Counted from the stretch's first letter, positions 1-10,259 are shown. The stretch is 64,000 nucleotides of DNA from an uncultured Verrucomicrobiae bacterium (GCA_963801815.1 CAWDGJ010000002.1:576001-640000); one strand, 5' to 3'. Notes: a model not told the origin generated them from the sequence alone. Program-made: numbers and translations.

Positions 1-1
1 G

Positions 2-121
2 GTGGCGATGTGGCGGCCGATGGAAATCTTTCTCTACGAATGGTGGCCGCTCCGGCGCATGGGGCATTTGTTCGAAAAGTTGAGTCGCATGCACGTTGAA
101 GTGCGCAAGCGAAACCCGTAG
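2..121 (+). CDS. 3' end of a conserved hypothetical membrane protein (partial, runs off the left edge)
   Basis: Frame 2 reads VAMWRPMEIFLYEWWPLRRMGHLFEKLSRMHVEVRKRNP* with stop TAG at 119-121. The VAMWRPxEIFLYxWWP motif resembles a conserved hypothetical family. Confidence 0.7.
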   Translation: MAMWRPMEIFLYEWWPLRRMGHLFEKLSRMHVEVRKRNP

Positions 122-151
122 CAAAATGGGTACTCGCGATGTCGGGCATTC

Positions 152-176
152 GCAATTTTTGCGTGGTTAAAGCCAA
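152..176 (+). promoter_or_regulatory. Shared regulatory motif, copy 1
   Basis: GCAATTTTTGC GTGGTTAAA GCCAA; -10-like TAGGCT at 208-213; RBS AAGGAGG before ATG 235. Confidence 0.65.
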
Positions 177-234
177 GCCATGGGTATCCGGCAGGAATTG
201 AAAGACCTAGGCTTCAAATAGGAAAGGAGGCGTC

Positions 235-429
235 ATGAAAAGAATGCTAATCATGGAAGCGCGAACGGCAGCGTTGCTTATAGCGTTTGCGGTTGGCCTC
301 GGAATCGCGGTGCATCCATTCTTCTTTCTGGTTGCTTTGGCGATTTTCCTGGTCGCCGTCATGGAATGGACCACTGAAAAGCTCGGCGAATATCTGCACA
401 CGTTCAGACGGACCTATCGGCACGCGTGA
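235..429 (+). CDS. Small two-helix membrane protein, paralog of 6491..6691
   Basis: Strong RBS, hydrophobic core; shares MKR...RT...GLG.A.H..FF..A.AI.L and the C-terminal RHA with the ORF at 6491. Confidence 0.8.
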   Translation: MKRMLIMEARTAALLIAFAVGLGIAVHPFFFLVALAIFLVAVMEWTTEKLGEYLHTFRRTYRHA

Positions 430-545
430 ACCTGCTGAAAGCAACGTTTGCCTTGAGCGATCAAGGTTTACGAAGTTGCGCCGCTTCCATTTTGACGGTC
501 TTGGGAGCTAACGGTCCTCGGCCGCCTGATCGCGCATTACGTCAC

Positions 546-974
546 CTACGCGACGAGTTCCATTGAAATTGGATGTCCCCATTGGTCGCAACTCACGCAA
601 TGACATTCCAAATTCTTCATCACCGCTTCGACCAGTTGCGCGACCTGGTCAGCAGTCACCGGCTTGGTAAGGTGTCGCGCGGCTCTTCCTGTCAGAATCA
701 AAGGATGATACAAGTCCTTCTCAGTTGAAATAAAAATAAGTGGCCGTGGCGGCTGCCATCGCGAAAGTTTCTCCGCAATCAACGTACCGTGCAGGTCCGG
801 ATCGTAATCGAGGATGATCGCGGCGACGTCCTCGAGTTCGAATGCTGTTATTTCCGACAGATCGCGTTCGAGTTGCACGACTCGAACATCAAATCCGGCG
901 GACTGAGCGGCTGTTAACGTTGCATCAACAGTATCGGCATCAGCATCAACCAGAAGAATGACATTTGGTTTCAT
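546..974 (-). CDS. Stand-alone response-regulator receiver domain protein
   Basis: ILLVDAD, IILDYD (putative phospho-Asp), LIFIST and LTKPV receiver motifs; RBS AAGGAG. Confidence 0.8.
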   Translation of the reverse strand: MKPNVILLVDADADTVDATLTAAQSAGFDVRVVQLERDLSEITAFELEDVAAIILDYDPDLHGTLIAEKLSRWQPPRPLIFISTEKDLYHPLILTGRAARHLTKPVTADQVAQLVEAVMKNLECHCVSCDQWGHPISMELVA

Positions 975-1033
975 AACCTGCTCCTTTCACTGAAATAATC
1001 TGGCATAGCGATGGGGCCGCCACCGTGCGGCGA

Positions 1034-1058
1034 TTGGCTTTTGCTTTGCAAAAATTGC
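1034..1058 (-). promoter_or_regulatory. Shared regulatory motif, copy 2
   Basis: Minus strand GCAATTTTTGC AAAGCAAAA GCCAA; CAGATT hexamer begins 32 bp downstream (1002); upstream of the start at 974. Confidence 0.65.
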
Positions 1059-1171
1059 CAAGGCAAAGCCGCGCAAAAAATGGGCGGGGATTCGCAATTG
1101 CTGCAGAGAACAATCCCACCGTTCAAAGATAGTTATTCCAACGAAATCCCAACTCAATCCTGGAGAAAACA

Positions 1172-1558
1172 ATGAACATCCGCACTGCCCTTCTGCTTAC
1201 TCATGATCCCGATTTCGAAATAAATGTGACCAAAGCGCTGAAAGAAAGTGGCGCAGAGATTCTGATTACTCACGACGTCGATCATGCCCTGGAAATGGCC
1301 TGTCAACATGCTCCCCGGCTCGATCTCGCCATCATCGATCGGAGTGATTGCCACGCGATTACGCTGCTAACCGCGATCAAAACGCTTCACCACGATTTGC
1401 CGGTGATTGTTATGGCGGCCAGCGACTCGTACCATTGCGCTGCCCTCGCTTATGCCAATGGGGCTGCCGCTTGTCTCGCCAAGCCGATTTCTGCGGCAGA
1501 ACTGAGGCTCTGCTTTACTCAACTGTGCGAACCGAAACTCAAACTGGCTGAAGTGTGA
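1172..1558 (+). CDS. Stand-alone receiver domain protein (atypical acidic pocket)
   Basis: LAIIDR, PVIVMAA and CLAKPI motifs; RBS GGAG. Confidence 0.8.
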   Translation: MNIRTALLLTHDPDFEINVTKALKESGAEILITHDVDHALEMACQHAPRLDLAIIDRSDCHAITLLTAIKTLHHDLPVIVMAASDSYHCAALAYANGAAACLAKPISAAELRLCFTQLCEPKLKLAEV

Positions 1559-1562
1559 AAAT

Positions 1563-2687
1563 ATGAAAACAATTCTCGAACCCGAAGTGTCCAACAAAAG
1601 AACCCAAACCCAAATGTCGAATTCGGACACCATGCGCGCGAATGTGTTCCACGGACCGAACGACATTCGCATCGAAGAAGTCGCGCGCCCTCATGCGGGT
1701 GTCGGGGAAGCAATTATTCGGATCACGCTCACGACCATTTGCGGGACGGATCTGCATATTTTGCGCGGCGAATATCCGGTCAAATCTGGCCTTGTGATTG
1801 GTCACGAGCCAGTCGGCGTGATTGAAGAATTGGGAGAGGGACTGATCGGATACGACATCGGCGACCGCGTGCTGGTCGGCGCGATCACACCCTGCGGACA
1901 ATGTCGCGCCTGCTTGTCCGCGCAATGGTCGCAATGTGGTCATGGGGAAGACGTCGAAGCAATCGGTGGCTGGCGTTTCGGCAACACAATCAATGGTGCG
2001 CAAGCCGAGTATCTGCTGGTTCCAAACGCGCAGGCGAACCTCGCTAAGATTCCGCACGCACTCACCGACGAACAAGTCGTCCTGCTCGCCGACATCGCTT
2101 CCACTGGATTCAGTGGCGCGGAGTCAGCCAACATTCGCATTGGCGACTCCGTTGTCGTTTTCGCGCAAGGCCCAATCGGACTTTGTGCGACTGCGGGCGC
2201 GAAATTGATGGGCGCTTCCTTTATCATCGGAGTAGAGAGCGATCCGGTGCGAATGAAGATGTCGAAACAAATGGGCGCCGATGTCGTACTCGACCCGCAC
2301 GATGTTGACCTGGTCGAGGAAATCAAAAAATTAACGGGCGGTGGCACCGATGTCGCGATCGAAGCGCTCGGTCTTCAGCAAACCTTCGAGAATTGTCTGC
2401 GCTGTTTGCGACCTGGCGGAACACTGAGCAGCCTCGGCGTTTATTCCGGAAAACTTCAAGTGCCCTACGACGCATTCGCCGCAGGCATCGGCGATTACAA
2501 GATCGTGACGACACTCTGCCCCGGCGGCAAGGAGCGCATGCGGAGATTGATGTCGATGGTACAATCAAAGCGGTTCGATCCAACACCATTGCTCACACAT
2601 AGTTTCAAGCTCGAGAACATCGTCGAAGCCTACGACTTGTTTGGTTCGCGCCGGGACGGGGTCTTGAAAGTCGCTATCCGACCATGA
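1563..2687 (+). CDS. Zn-dependent alcohol dehydrogenase (MDR family, formaldehyde-dehydrogenase-like group)
   Basis: ICGTDLH, GHEPVG, structural Zn motif CGQCRAC...C, Rossmann motif AQGPIG. Confidence 0.92.
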   Translation: MKTILEPEVSNKRTQTQMSNSDTMRANVFHGPNDIRIEEVARPHAGVGEAIIRITLTTICGTDLHILRGEYPVKSGLVIGHEPVGVIEELGEGLIGYDIGDRVLVGAITPCGQCRACLSAQWSQCGHGEDVEAIGGWRFGNTINGAQAEYLLVPNAQANLAKIPHALTDEQVVLLADIASTGFSGAESANIRIGDSVVVFAQGPIGLCATAGAKLMGASFIIGVESDPVRMKMSKQMGADVVLDPHDVDLVEEIKKLTGGGTDVAIEALGLQQTFENCLRCLRPGGTLSSLGVYSGKLQVPYDAFAAGIGDYKIVTTLCPGGKERMRRLMSMVQSKRFDPTPLLTHSFKLENIVEAYDLFGSRRDGVLKVAIRP

Positions 2688-2721
2688 CAGAATTGTGGAT
2701 CTTGCGTCGGAAAGAAGAACC

Positions 2722-3591
2722 ATGGGCATGAATACAAAAAATGATCAACGTCCGATCGTATGCGGAACTGATTTCTCTGCCTGCGCTATGGAAGCGGCAG
2801 ATATTGCGGCGGCGATTGCGCGGAAGCTGTCAACGAAGCTTGTTCTTGTGCACGTGAACGATTTCCACGGTCTTGGCGTCACAGATCCGCTGTTGCTCGA
2901 GGCCAGTACGTCTCGCAGGAACGCGGAGCTGAAACGATACGCCGATCGTCTGGCCAAATTAAAGACCGTGGTTGAGAAACGAGTGGTATCCGGTTCGCCT
3001 TTTGATCAGATCGTTAATGCCGCCGTCCGGTGCAAAGCCAGGTTAGTTGTAATTGGCGCAGTTGGGCATGGTCTGGCTAAGCGCCTGTTGATCGGAAGCG
3101 TTGCGGAAAGAGTCGCTGAAACTTCTCCAATACCAACGTTGATCGTCCGGTCGCGGTCAAAACTCTTAAGCTGGGTCAAAGGCAAGCGCCGATTGAAAAT
3201 CCTGGTTGGCTACGATTTTTCCGCAACAGCCGACGCCGCGTTACGCTGGATTGCGCAGCTTAAGCCAATCGGCAAATTTTCGATCATCGCGGCAAATGTT
3301 CACGCGCCAAGCGAGGCGCATCACAGCGAGCGGGAGCTGTTGGAGCGCGCTGCCAAAATACTACCGCCACAGGGAACAACGGTCCGACTAGTTCCGTCTT
3401 GGGGAAACTGTCAAGGCGCGCTGTTTTACGAGGCCGTGCGCGAACATGCGGACTTGATCGTCATCGGCACACATCAACGACGTGGTATTGAGCGAGTCCG
3501 CCTAGGATCCGTCTCGCGCGGCGTACTACGTCATGTAACACAGAATGTCGCCGTTGTGCCCCCAGCTTCAAAACGAAGTCTACGTAAATGA
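2722..3591 (+). CDS. Universal stress protein with two USP domains
   Basis: IVCGTDFS...LLIGSVAERV and ILVGYDFS...RLGSVSRGVLR; start codon uncertain. Confidence 0.9.
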   Translation: MGMNTKNDQRPIVCGTDFSACAMEAADIAAAIARKLSTKLVLVHVNDFHGLGVTDPLLLEASTSRRNAELKRYADRLAKLKTVVEKRVVSGSPFDQIVNAAVRCKARLVVIGAVGHGLAKRLLIGSVAERVAETSPIPTLIVRSRSKLLSWVKGKRRLKILVGYDFSATADAALRWIAQLKPIGKFSIIAANVHAPSEAHHSERELLERAAKILPPQGTTVRLVPSWGNCQGALFYEAVREHADLIVIGTHQRRGIERVRLGSVSRGVLRHVTQNVAVVPPASKRSLRK

Positions 3592-3678
3592 AGAAGGAAA
3601 AAGGCAAATCAGCCAAGCCACGAGCTCGTAAGCACAAAGCCAAACCGGGTTGAAGATTCCGGGGACCGCCCGCCAGAA

Positions 3679-6396
3679 ATGCAAGCGGCTGTCAAAACTC
3701 CGTGGCACCAGCTTCATGTCGATGAAGTTGTCCGGCTTCTGGAGACCGATTTGTCAGCCGGACTCTCGACCCCAGAAGTCGAACACCGACAAGAAGAATA
3801 CGGCCCGAACAAATTAACCGAGAAGAGAAATACATCTGCTTGGCAGCGATTTCTTCTGCAATTCCATCAGCCGCTCGTTTATGTCCTCATCACAGCAACG
3901 GCGTTCAGCGCGTATCTCGGCCAATACGTTGATGCGCTGGTCATCTTCGCGGTCGTGATTTTCAACGCGATTGTTGGCTATTTTCAGGAAGCTAAAGCGG
4001 AAAAAGCTATTGCCGCGCTGACGAAGATGATGATTGCCGAGACAACGGTGCGTCGCGATGGACATAAACACCGAATCGACGCAACAAAGTTGGTGCCGGG
4101 AGATGTGGTTTTGCTTGAATCCGGCGATCGCGTACCGGCCGACTTGCGTTTATTTCAAATTCGCGGCCTCCAAATCGATGAGTCGTCACTTACTGGCGAA
4201 TCAGGGCCGGTTTACAAACACACCGACTCGCTCGCATTCGACACTGTCCTGTCCGATCGCAAGAGTCTGGCATTCGCTGGAACGTCCGTAGTCTCGGGTC
4301 GCGGCGAAGGCGTCGTCTGGGCGATCGGGGACAAAACGGAAATGGGCCGCATCGCTCGGCTCATTACCGAAGCTGTCGATCTTGTGACGCCGCTTACCCG
4401 AAAGATCGCACAACTCAGCCGCCTGTTGCTTTGGCTCATTCTCGGGCTCGCGCTTCTGACCGCGGCCGTCGGATTGTGGCACGGACAAAAGCTGATCGAT
4501 ATTTTTATGGCCGCGGTTGCCATGGCGGTCGGCGCAATTCCCGAAGGTTTGCCCGCCGCCGTCACCGTTACTCTAGCAATCGGTGTTTCGAGGATGGCCC
4601 GCCGTCGCGCGATCATTCGTAAATTGCCGGCGGTAGAAACACTCGGCAGCACAACCGTCATCTGTTCGGACAAGACCGGCACGCTCACGGAAAATCAAAT
4701 GACCGTGCAGGAAATTTATGCGGGCGGCGAATTTTACCGGGTCACTGGCAGCGGTTACGAATCAACCGGCGCGATTCAGCGAAGCGGCGAGAAAGTTATC
4801 CTGGGTCACGAACATGCTTTGAGGGCGTGTCTTCGGGCAGGGCTCCTGTGCAATGACACGACCCTAATTCGTGAAGATGACGGTACGCGGGTGCAAGGTG
4901 ACCCGACGGAAGCCGCACTCATCATCGCGGCCGAAAAAGCAGGAATGTCGCACGGAGACATTCATCGCGAATTGTCACGGCTCGACGCGATTCCATTCGA
5001 ATCCGAGCAACAGTTCATGGCGACGCTCCACCGCGGCAAGGAAGGTCACATTATATATAAGAAGGGGGCGGTAGAGCGCGTGGCCGGCAGGTGTTCGACC
5101 ATGCTGGACGCCTCAGGTACCGAGCAGCCAATCGATCGGGAAGCAGTTCACGCGGCCGCCGAACAGATGGCGACCAAAGGTTTGCGTGTCCTGGCGTTTG
5201 CACAACGGAAGATGGCAACCCAAGAGCACGAGTTAACGCATCATCACGTCGCGCGTGACCTGACCTTTCTTGGTTTACAAGGAATGATCGATCCGCCAAG
5301 GCCGGAGGCGGTCCAGGCGGTGAGACGTTGCCGAACTGCTGGTATTGCCGTCAAGATGATCACTGGAGATCACGTCGTCACGGCGAGGGCGATCGCTAAA
5401 CAGATCGGGTTGAACGGCCAACTGGACATTAATTCGCCAGTCGCAATCAACGGCCGCGAATTGGATCGTGTAAGCGACGATCGTCTGCCGTCGATCGCGG
5501 AACAGACGTCGGTCTTTGCGCGAGTTACTCCCGAACAAAAACTGCGACTGGTCCGAGCGCTCCAGGCGTGCGGTCACATCGTCGCCATGACAGGTGATGG
5601 CGTGAACGACGCACCCGCCTTGAAACAGGCGGACATCGGAATCGCGATGGGGATTGGAGGGACTGACGTCGCGAAAGGCGCAGCCGATATGGTGCTGACC
5701 GATGACAATTTCGCTTCAATTGAAGCTGCCGTTGAGGAAGGCCGCAGTATTTTCGATAACCTCAGAAAGTTCATCGTCTGGACGCTGCCAACGAACGCCG
5801 GTGAAGCCCTCATTCTGCTCACCGCGATTTTTCTCGGAACCGCACTTCCGGTGCTGCCATTGCAATTGCTCTGGATCAACATGACCGAGCCGCTGTTTGG
5901 ACTAATGCTCGTATTTGAACCAAAAGAATGCGGTCTGATGGAACGACCGCCACGAGATCCGCGTCAACCGATTCTCACGTTTCCGCTTTTTATGCGCTCA
6001 GCGTTCGTTTCGATCCTGATGCTGGCCGGGGCATTTGCATTGTTTCTTTGGGAACTCCACGCCGAGAAAGGGACGCTGGCCGAAGCTCGAACGGTTGTCG
6101 TGAACGTGATCGTGATGGTTGAGGGCTTCTATCTGCTCAACTGCCGCTCTCTCACTCGTTCGACTCTTTCAGTCGGTTTGTTTTCGAACTTGTGGCTGGT
6201 GGCAGGCCTGGTTGCCATGATCGCTGCCCAATTCCTTTTCACCTATGCACCAATCATGAACCGGCTTTTTCATTCCGCTCCCATCGGCGGTGAGGCGTGG
6301 CTGCGAATCATTGCGATTGGCGTTGGAGTTTATTTGGCGGTGGGTCTTGAAAAATGGATCCGTTTCGCCGGATCGAGATCGAAGACAGCTGGGTGA
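3679..6396 (+). CDS. Cation-transporting P-type ATPase, type IIA (CtpF/PacL-like)
   Basis: TGES, IPEGL, DKTGTLT, MITGD and TGDGVNDAPAL motifs. The true start may be ATG 3588 if one G near 3649 is an insertion error. Confidence 0.95.
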   Translation: MQAAVKTPWHQLHVDEVVRLLETDLSAGLSTPEVEHRQEEYGPNKLTEKRNTSAWQRFLLQFHQPLVYVLITATAFSAYLGQYVDALVIFAVVIFNAIVGYFQEAKAEKAIAALTKMMIAETTVRRDGHKHRIDATKLVPGDVVLLESGDRVPADLRLFQIRGLQIDESSLTGESGPVYKHTDSLAFDTVLSDRKSLAFAGTSVVSGRGEGVVWAIGDKTEMGRIARLITEAVDLVTPLTRKIAQLSRLLLWLILGLALLTAAVGLWHGQKLIDIFMAAVAMAVGAIPEGLPAAVTVTLAIGVSRMARRRAIIRKLPAVETLGSTTVICSDKTGTLTENQMTVQEIYAGGEFYRVTGSGYESTGAIQRSGEKVILGHEHALRACLRAGLLCNDTTLIREDDGTRVQGDPTEAALIIAAEKAGMSHGDIHRELSRLDAIPFESEQQFMATLHRGKEGHIIYKKGAVERVAGRCSTMLDASGTEQPIDREAVHAAAEQMATKGLRVLAFAQRKMATQEHELTHHHVARDLTFLGLQGMIDPPRPEAVQAVRRCRTAGIAVKMITGDHVVTARAIAKQIGLNGQLDINSPVAINGRELDRVSDDRLPSIAEQTSVFARVTPEQKLRLVRALQACGHIVAMTGDGVNDAPALKQADIGIAMGIGGTDVAKGAADMVLTDDNFASIEAAVEEGRSIFDNLRKFIVWTLPTNAGEALILLTAIFLGTALPVLPLQLLWINMTEPLFGLMLVFEPKECGLMERPPRDPRQPILTFPLFMRSAFVSILMLAGAFALFLWELHAEKGTLAEARTVVVNVIVMVEGFYLLNCRSLTRSTLSVGLFSNLWLVAGLVAMIAAQFLFTYAPIMNRLFHSAPIGGEAWLRIIAIGVGVYLAVGLEKWIRFAGSRSKTAG

Positions 6397-6410
6397 ACGG
6401 TTACGCCGTG

Positions 6411-6435
6411 GCAAGAAACGCCGATTTATTCACAA
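6411..6435 (+). promoter_or_regulatory. Shared regulatory motif, copy 3
   Basis: GCAAGAAACGC CGATTTATT CACAA; TAGATT at 6466-6471, 31 bp downstream; RBS AAGGAG before ATG 6491. Confidence 0.6.
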
Positions 6436-6490
6436 TCACCGGTTAGTATCACAACCATTGAGGGCTAGATTTTGTTAAAAAGGAGTCATC

Positions 6491-6691
6491 ATGAAAAGAG
6501 ATTCGATTTACGAGCCGGAGCCGCGAACGATCGTGGTGCTAACCGCACTCGCGACTGGGTTGGGCCTCGCCTTTCACAAAGTGTTCTTTGGTTTGGCCGC
6601 AGCGATTGCTCTAAGTGTGCCGTTTGGCCGCCTGATTGAACAACTGCGCGAAACCGAAGAAAGGAATACTGCACAACATCGGCATGCCTAA
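6491..6691 (+). CDS. Small two-helix membrane protein, paralog of 235..429
   Basis: RBS AAAGGAG, hydrophobic core, similarity to the ORF at 235. Confidence 0.8.
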   Translation: MKRDSIYEPEPRTIVVLTALATGLGLAFHKVFFGLAAAIALSVPFGRLIEQLRETEERNTAQHRHA

Positions 6692-6758
6692 CAATTGTCA
6701 GCGTTCGGTGCCCGAAACCATCCGGCACGGATGGGGCCCCGCATGCCACGATCCGACC

Positions 6759-7016
6759 TTGAACGCGCCGCGATTACATCAACGGAATAAATCGCCTGTT
6801 TGGCGTCGGTTAATCGTATTTTTCGTCGGCGGCGCCATGCTCGCTGTTGGCGTTGTGATGTTGGTTCTACCAGGCCCCGCGATCATTTTTATACCACTTG
6901 GTCTGGCAATTCTCGCGACCGAATTTCGATGGGCGAAGCAGTGGCTCTTCAGAGCTCGTCAGTTTCTTCATCATCGATTCAAAAATAAAGATCACCTTCC
7001 CAATCACCCATCATGA
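6759..7016 (+). CDS. PGPGW-domain small membrane protein
   Basis: GVVMLVLPGPAIIFIPLGLAILATEFRWA motif; start uncertain (TTG 6759 chosen; the frame is open from 6636). Confidence 0.8.
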   Translation: MNAPRLHQRNKSPVWRRLIVFFVGGAMLAVGVVMLVLPGPAIIFIPLGLAILATEFRWAKQWLFRARQFLHHRFKNKDHLPNHPS

Positions 7017-7366
7017 CGCTGGATCAAAGTATCGCATTCAAGTTCCGGGATCTGGAGATCACCCAAGACGCGCTGGCGCTGCACTTCTATGACGAAAAAA
7101 CAGTCATTCCGTTGGCCGAAATCAAATCTTATCGATTGGACTGGCTTCTACACGATCCGGTCTTTGGGAAAAAGTTATGGTTTCTGTTCCTGACCGTTGA
7201 ACTGGAAAGCGGCCAGGAGGAATCTGCGCCTGTCACATTCGTAAAATTCAATTACCTCGGCGAAGATCGAGAATCGCGCCGGCATATTGAGCACACGCTG
7301 GCGGACGCGCTCGACGCGGCGATCGCCCGTACGGCGGCACCCGCGCAAAAAATGGTCTGTATTTAG
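7013..7366 (+). CDS. Hypothetical protein
   Basis: ATGA overlap with the upstream stop; plausible composition; no recognised motif. Confidence 0.65.
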   Translation: MTLDQSIAFKFRDLEITQDALALHFYDEKTVIPLAEIKSYRLDWLLHDPVFGKKLWFLFLTVELESGQEESAPVTFVKFNYLGEDRESRRHIEHTLADALDAAIARTAAPAQKMVCI

Positions 7367-7414
7367 CAACGCGCGTGCAGCGCAAAAGGACACATCCGGC
7401 GAAGCTCAGGTCGG

Positions 7415-8569
7415 ATGAACTTGATTGCGATCAAAATGCTGCTGGGCGACCGGGCGAAGTACATCGGCATCATCATTGGCCTGACTCTTGCGTCGTTCCT
7501 CGTGACCTGGCCGTCGGCGCTCTTCACCGGCGTGATGCAACGGTCGTTCAGTTTTCTGACCGATGTTGGTTTGCCTGACATCTGGGTAGTCGATCCACAG
7601 GCCCAATACGTCGAAGATGTTAAGCCGCTTCGAGACACCGAAGTGTTGCGGGTGCGCGGGACAGAAGGGGTCCAATGGGCGGTCGGTTTGTACAAGGGCG
7701 CTCTGCGGGCGCGAATGGATGATGGCACGTTTCAAAACTGCACCGTCATCGGACTCGACGATTCGACGTTAATCGGCGGCCCGCCGAAAATGATCGCCGG
7801 CCAATTAGCGGACTTGCGCGAGGCAGACTCCATCATTGTCGATGAAGCCGGCGCTCGCGGAAAATTGGCTAAAAAACAACCCAATGGCCGACGTATTCCA
7901 CTGAAACTCGGTGATACGCTCGAACTGAACGATCACCGCTGCGTCGTCGTCGGAATTTGCCAAATCACGCAGACTTTCCAAAACATTCCGGTTCTTTACA
8001 CGACCTACTCGCGGGCCACGACAATTGCTCCGCAGGAACGGAAGCTACTCTCATTTGTTATCGCCAAGGCGAAGCCAGGCATCGACATCGGCGCGGTTTG
8101 CGCGCGCATCAACGCGCTCGGGCTGAAGGCATATACCCCTGCGGAATTCAAAAAGCTGACCTTCTGGTACTTTCTTAAATACACGGGCATGCCAATCAAC
8201 TTTCTGACCGTGGTGACGCTCGGGTTCATCGTTGGTGTGGCTATTTCCGGCATGACGTTTTACAATTTTACACTCGATAACTTGCGCTACTTCGGGACGC
8301 TCAAGGCGATGGGCGCAACCAATCGCAAATTGTTGCGGATGATTTCGCTTCAGGCAGCAATGGTCGGTGCGATTGGCTATGGTCTCGGGATCGGGGCGGC
8401 ATCCGCCTGGGGCGGTTTTCTCAGCGGTCGGACTCAGATCGCCTTCAAATTGCCATGGCAACTGCTTCTGGTCAGTGCCGTCGCCGTTCTTGTCATCTGC
8501 GTGGGCGCGGCCGCCGTGAGCATCCGCAAGGTAATGAAACTTGAACCGGGTATTGTTTTTCGAAGCTGA
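7415..8569 (+). CDS. ABC exporter permease (DevC/FtsX-like)
   Basis: N-terminal TM helix, periplasmic domain, FGTLKAMGA motif, three C-terminal TM helices. Confidence 0.9.
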   Translation: MNLIAIKMLLGDRAKYIGIIIGLTLASFLVTWPSALFTGVMQRSFSFLTDVGLPDIWVVDPQAQYVEDVKPLRDTEVLRVRGTEGVQWAVGLYKGALRARMDDGTFQNCTVIGLDDSTLIGGPPKMIAGQLADLREADSIIVDEAGARGKLAKKQPNGRRIPLKLGDTLELNDHRCVVVGICQITQTFQNIPVLYTTYSRATTIAPQERKLLSFVIAKAKPGIDIGAVCARINALGLKAYTPAEFKKLTFWYFLKYTGMPINFLTVVTLGFIVGVAISGMTFYNFTLDNLRYFGTLKAMGATNRKLLRMISLQAAMVGAIGYGLGIGAASAWGGFLSGRTQIAFKLPWQLLLVSAVAVLVICVGAAAVSIRKVMKLEPGIVFRS

Positions 8570-8578
8570 GGTGGACTT

Positions 8579-9325
8579 ATGGTTGTCGATCTTGCGCCTC
8601 AAAAAGTTGCGACCCGGATGTCGGTACGCTGCACGAACCTGACCAAGACTTACGGCACAGGCGGCACTGCTGTTCGTGCTCTCCGAGGAATCAATCTCGA
8701 AGTTCGCGCGGGTGAACTGATGATGTTGGTTGGGCCGTCCGGCTGCGGAAAGACAACGCTTATTTCTGTGATCGCCGGCGTTCTCAGCCGGGACGGCGGC
8801 GACTGTTGGGTCCTAAATCGCGATTACACGAGGATGCCGGCTGACGCGATCACGCAGTTTCGCGCGCAAAACATCGGCTTCGTTTTTCAAGCGTGGAATC
8901 TAATTCCTGCGCTGACCGCGGCGGAGAACGTGGCCGTTCCTCTCATCATCAATGGTATAAGCAATCGGGCCGCGATCGAACGCGCTTCGCAAATGTTGCG
9001 CAAAGTCGATTTTGACGACCGGATGATGCAGTCATTTCCGCAGGACCTTTCCGGCGGGCAGCAGCAGCGGATCGCGATCGCGCGGTCGCTCGTCCACAAT
9101 CCGAAGCTGATTGTTTGCGACGAACCGACCAGCGCCCTGGATAGCGAGACCGGCCGCAAGGTCATGGAGCTGATGCGCGAGCTGGCCGTCGGAGACGAAC
9201 GCGCGTTAATCGTCGTCACTCACGATTCGCGCATCTTCGATTTGGCAGATCGCATTGCGGAGATGGACGACGGCGTGATTACGCGGGTGCTCGACTCACC
9301 GGAACAGATGCAAATGGGGAAATAA
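8579..9325 (+). CDS. ABC exporter ATP-binding subunit (DevA/LolD-like)
   Basis: GPSGCGKT, LSGGQQQR, CDEPT, VTHD. Confidence 0.93.
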   Translation: MVVDLAPQKVATRMSVRCTNLTKTYGTGGTAVRALRGINLEVRAGELMMLVGPSGCGKTTLISVIAGVLSRDGGDCWVLNRDYTRMPADAITQFRAQNIGFVFQAWNLIPALTAAENVAVPLIINGISNRAAIERASQMLRKVDFDDRMMQSFPQDLSGGQQQRIAIARSLVHNPKLIVCDEPTSALDSETGRKVMELMRELAVGDERALIVVTHDSRIFDLADRIAEMDDGVITRVLDSPEQMQMGK

Positions 9326-9329
9326 AACT

Positions 9330-10259
9330 ATGATTCGAAAATACATTCTACCTGCGGTCGCAATGATCGGCATTCTACTGGCCATACTGGTCGCGTCGCG
9401 TGCGAACAAGACATTGCCGCCGGCCGCGCCAGTGGCCGGTGCTCCACAACCTCCTTACCGCGCATTCGTTGCCGGTGCTGGTATCATCGAAGCTAATACT
9501 GAAAACATCGCCATAGGCACACAGATTGCCGGGATCGTGTCGAAGATTTATGTCCAAATCGGCAGTCAGGTGAAAGCGGGCGACGCTTTGTTCACCATCG
9601 ACGATCGCGCGCAACGAGCGTCGATCGCTACCGACACGGCGGACGCGAATGCTGCCCGTGCCCAAATGGAACTGGCGAAATACGAACTGAAGGTCGGCGA
9701 CCAATTAATCGGCAAAAAAGTTATCAGCCAGGAAGATCTCGAAACCCGACTCCGCGTTGCGGATACTGCAGAGGCGCGATACTTACAAGCGCAGGCCAAT
9801 TTGGAAGCGGCTAAGACTGATCTTGAACGTCTGACCGTGCGTGCACCGATCGATGGTCAGATCATGCAACTGAAAGTTCACCCTGGCGAATTCGCGCCAA
9901 CCGGTGTTTTGGCGCAGCCGCTCATTTTGCTCGGCAACGTCGAGCCGATGAACGTGCGGGTGAACGTGGACGAGAACGACGCCTGGCGGGTGCGCCCAAA
10001 CGCGGAAGCGATCGGATATCTTCGCGGAAACAATCAAATCAGGGCGCCGCTGCGCTTTGTTCGATTCGAGCCGTACGTGGTACCGAAAATGTCGTTGACC
10101 GGCGACACGACAGAGCGCGTAGATACTCGAGTGTTACAGGTCGTTTTCAGTTTCGATCGCGGCAATTTGCCGATTTACGTCGGCCAACAAATGGACATCT
10201 ATATCGATGCATCGCTTGAACAAAACCGCGAAACTTCCGCTTCCTCGCAAATGCACTGA
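9330..10259 (+). CDS. Membrane fusion / periplasmic adaptor protein (DevB/HlyD-like)
   Basis: N-terminal anchor, lipoyl-like VKAGDALF and VRAPIDG motifs, helical hairpin; next to the ABC genes. Confidence 0.88.
   Translation: MIRKYILPAVAMIGILLAILVASRANKTLPPAAPVAGAPQPPYRAFVAGAGIIEANTENIAIGTQIAGIVSKIYVQIGSQVKAGDALFTIDDRAQRASIATDTADANAARAQMELAKYELKVGDQLIGKKVISQEDLETRLRVADTAEARYLQAQANLEAAKTDLERLTVRAPIDGQIMQLKVHPGEFAPTGVLAQPLILLGNVEPMNVRVNVDENDAWRVRPNAEAIGYLRGNNQIRAPLRFVRFEPYVVPKMSLTGDTTERVDTRVLQVVFSFDRGNLPIYVGQQMDIYIDASLEQNRETSASSQMH

Noticed and set aside
1034..1058. Sigma-54 promoter reading (GG-N10-GC) of the shared motif
   Set aside because: The GG-N10-GC match lies on the strand opposite the gene the motif tracks with, is missing in several copies, and sigma-70-like -10 hexamers lie at fixed spacing on the other strand.
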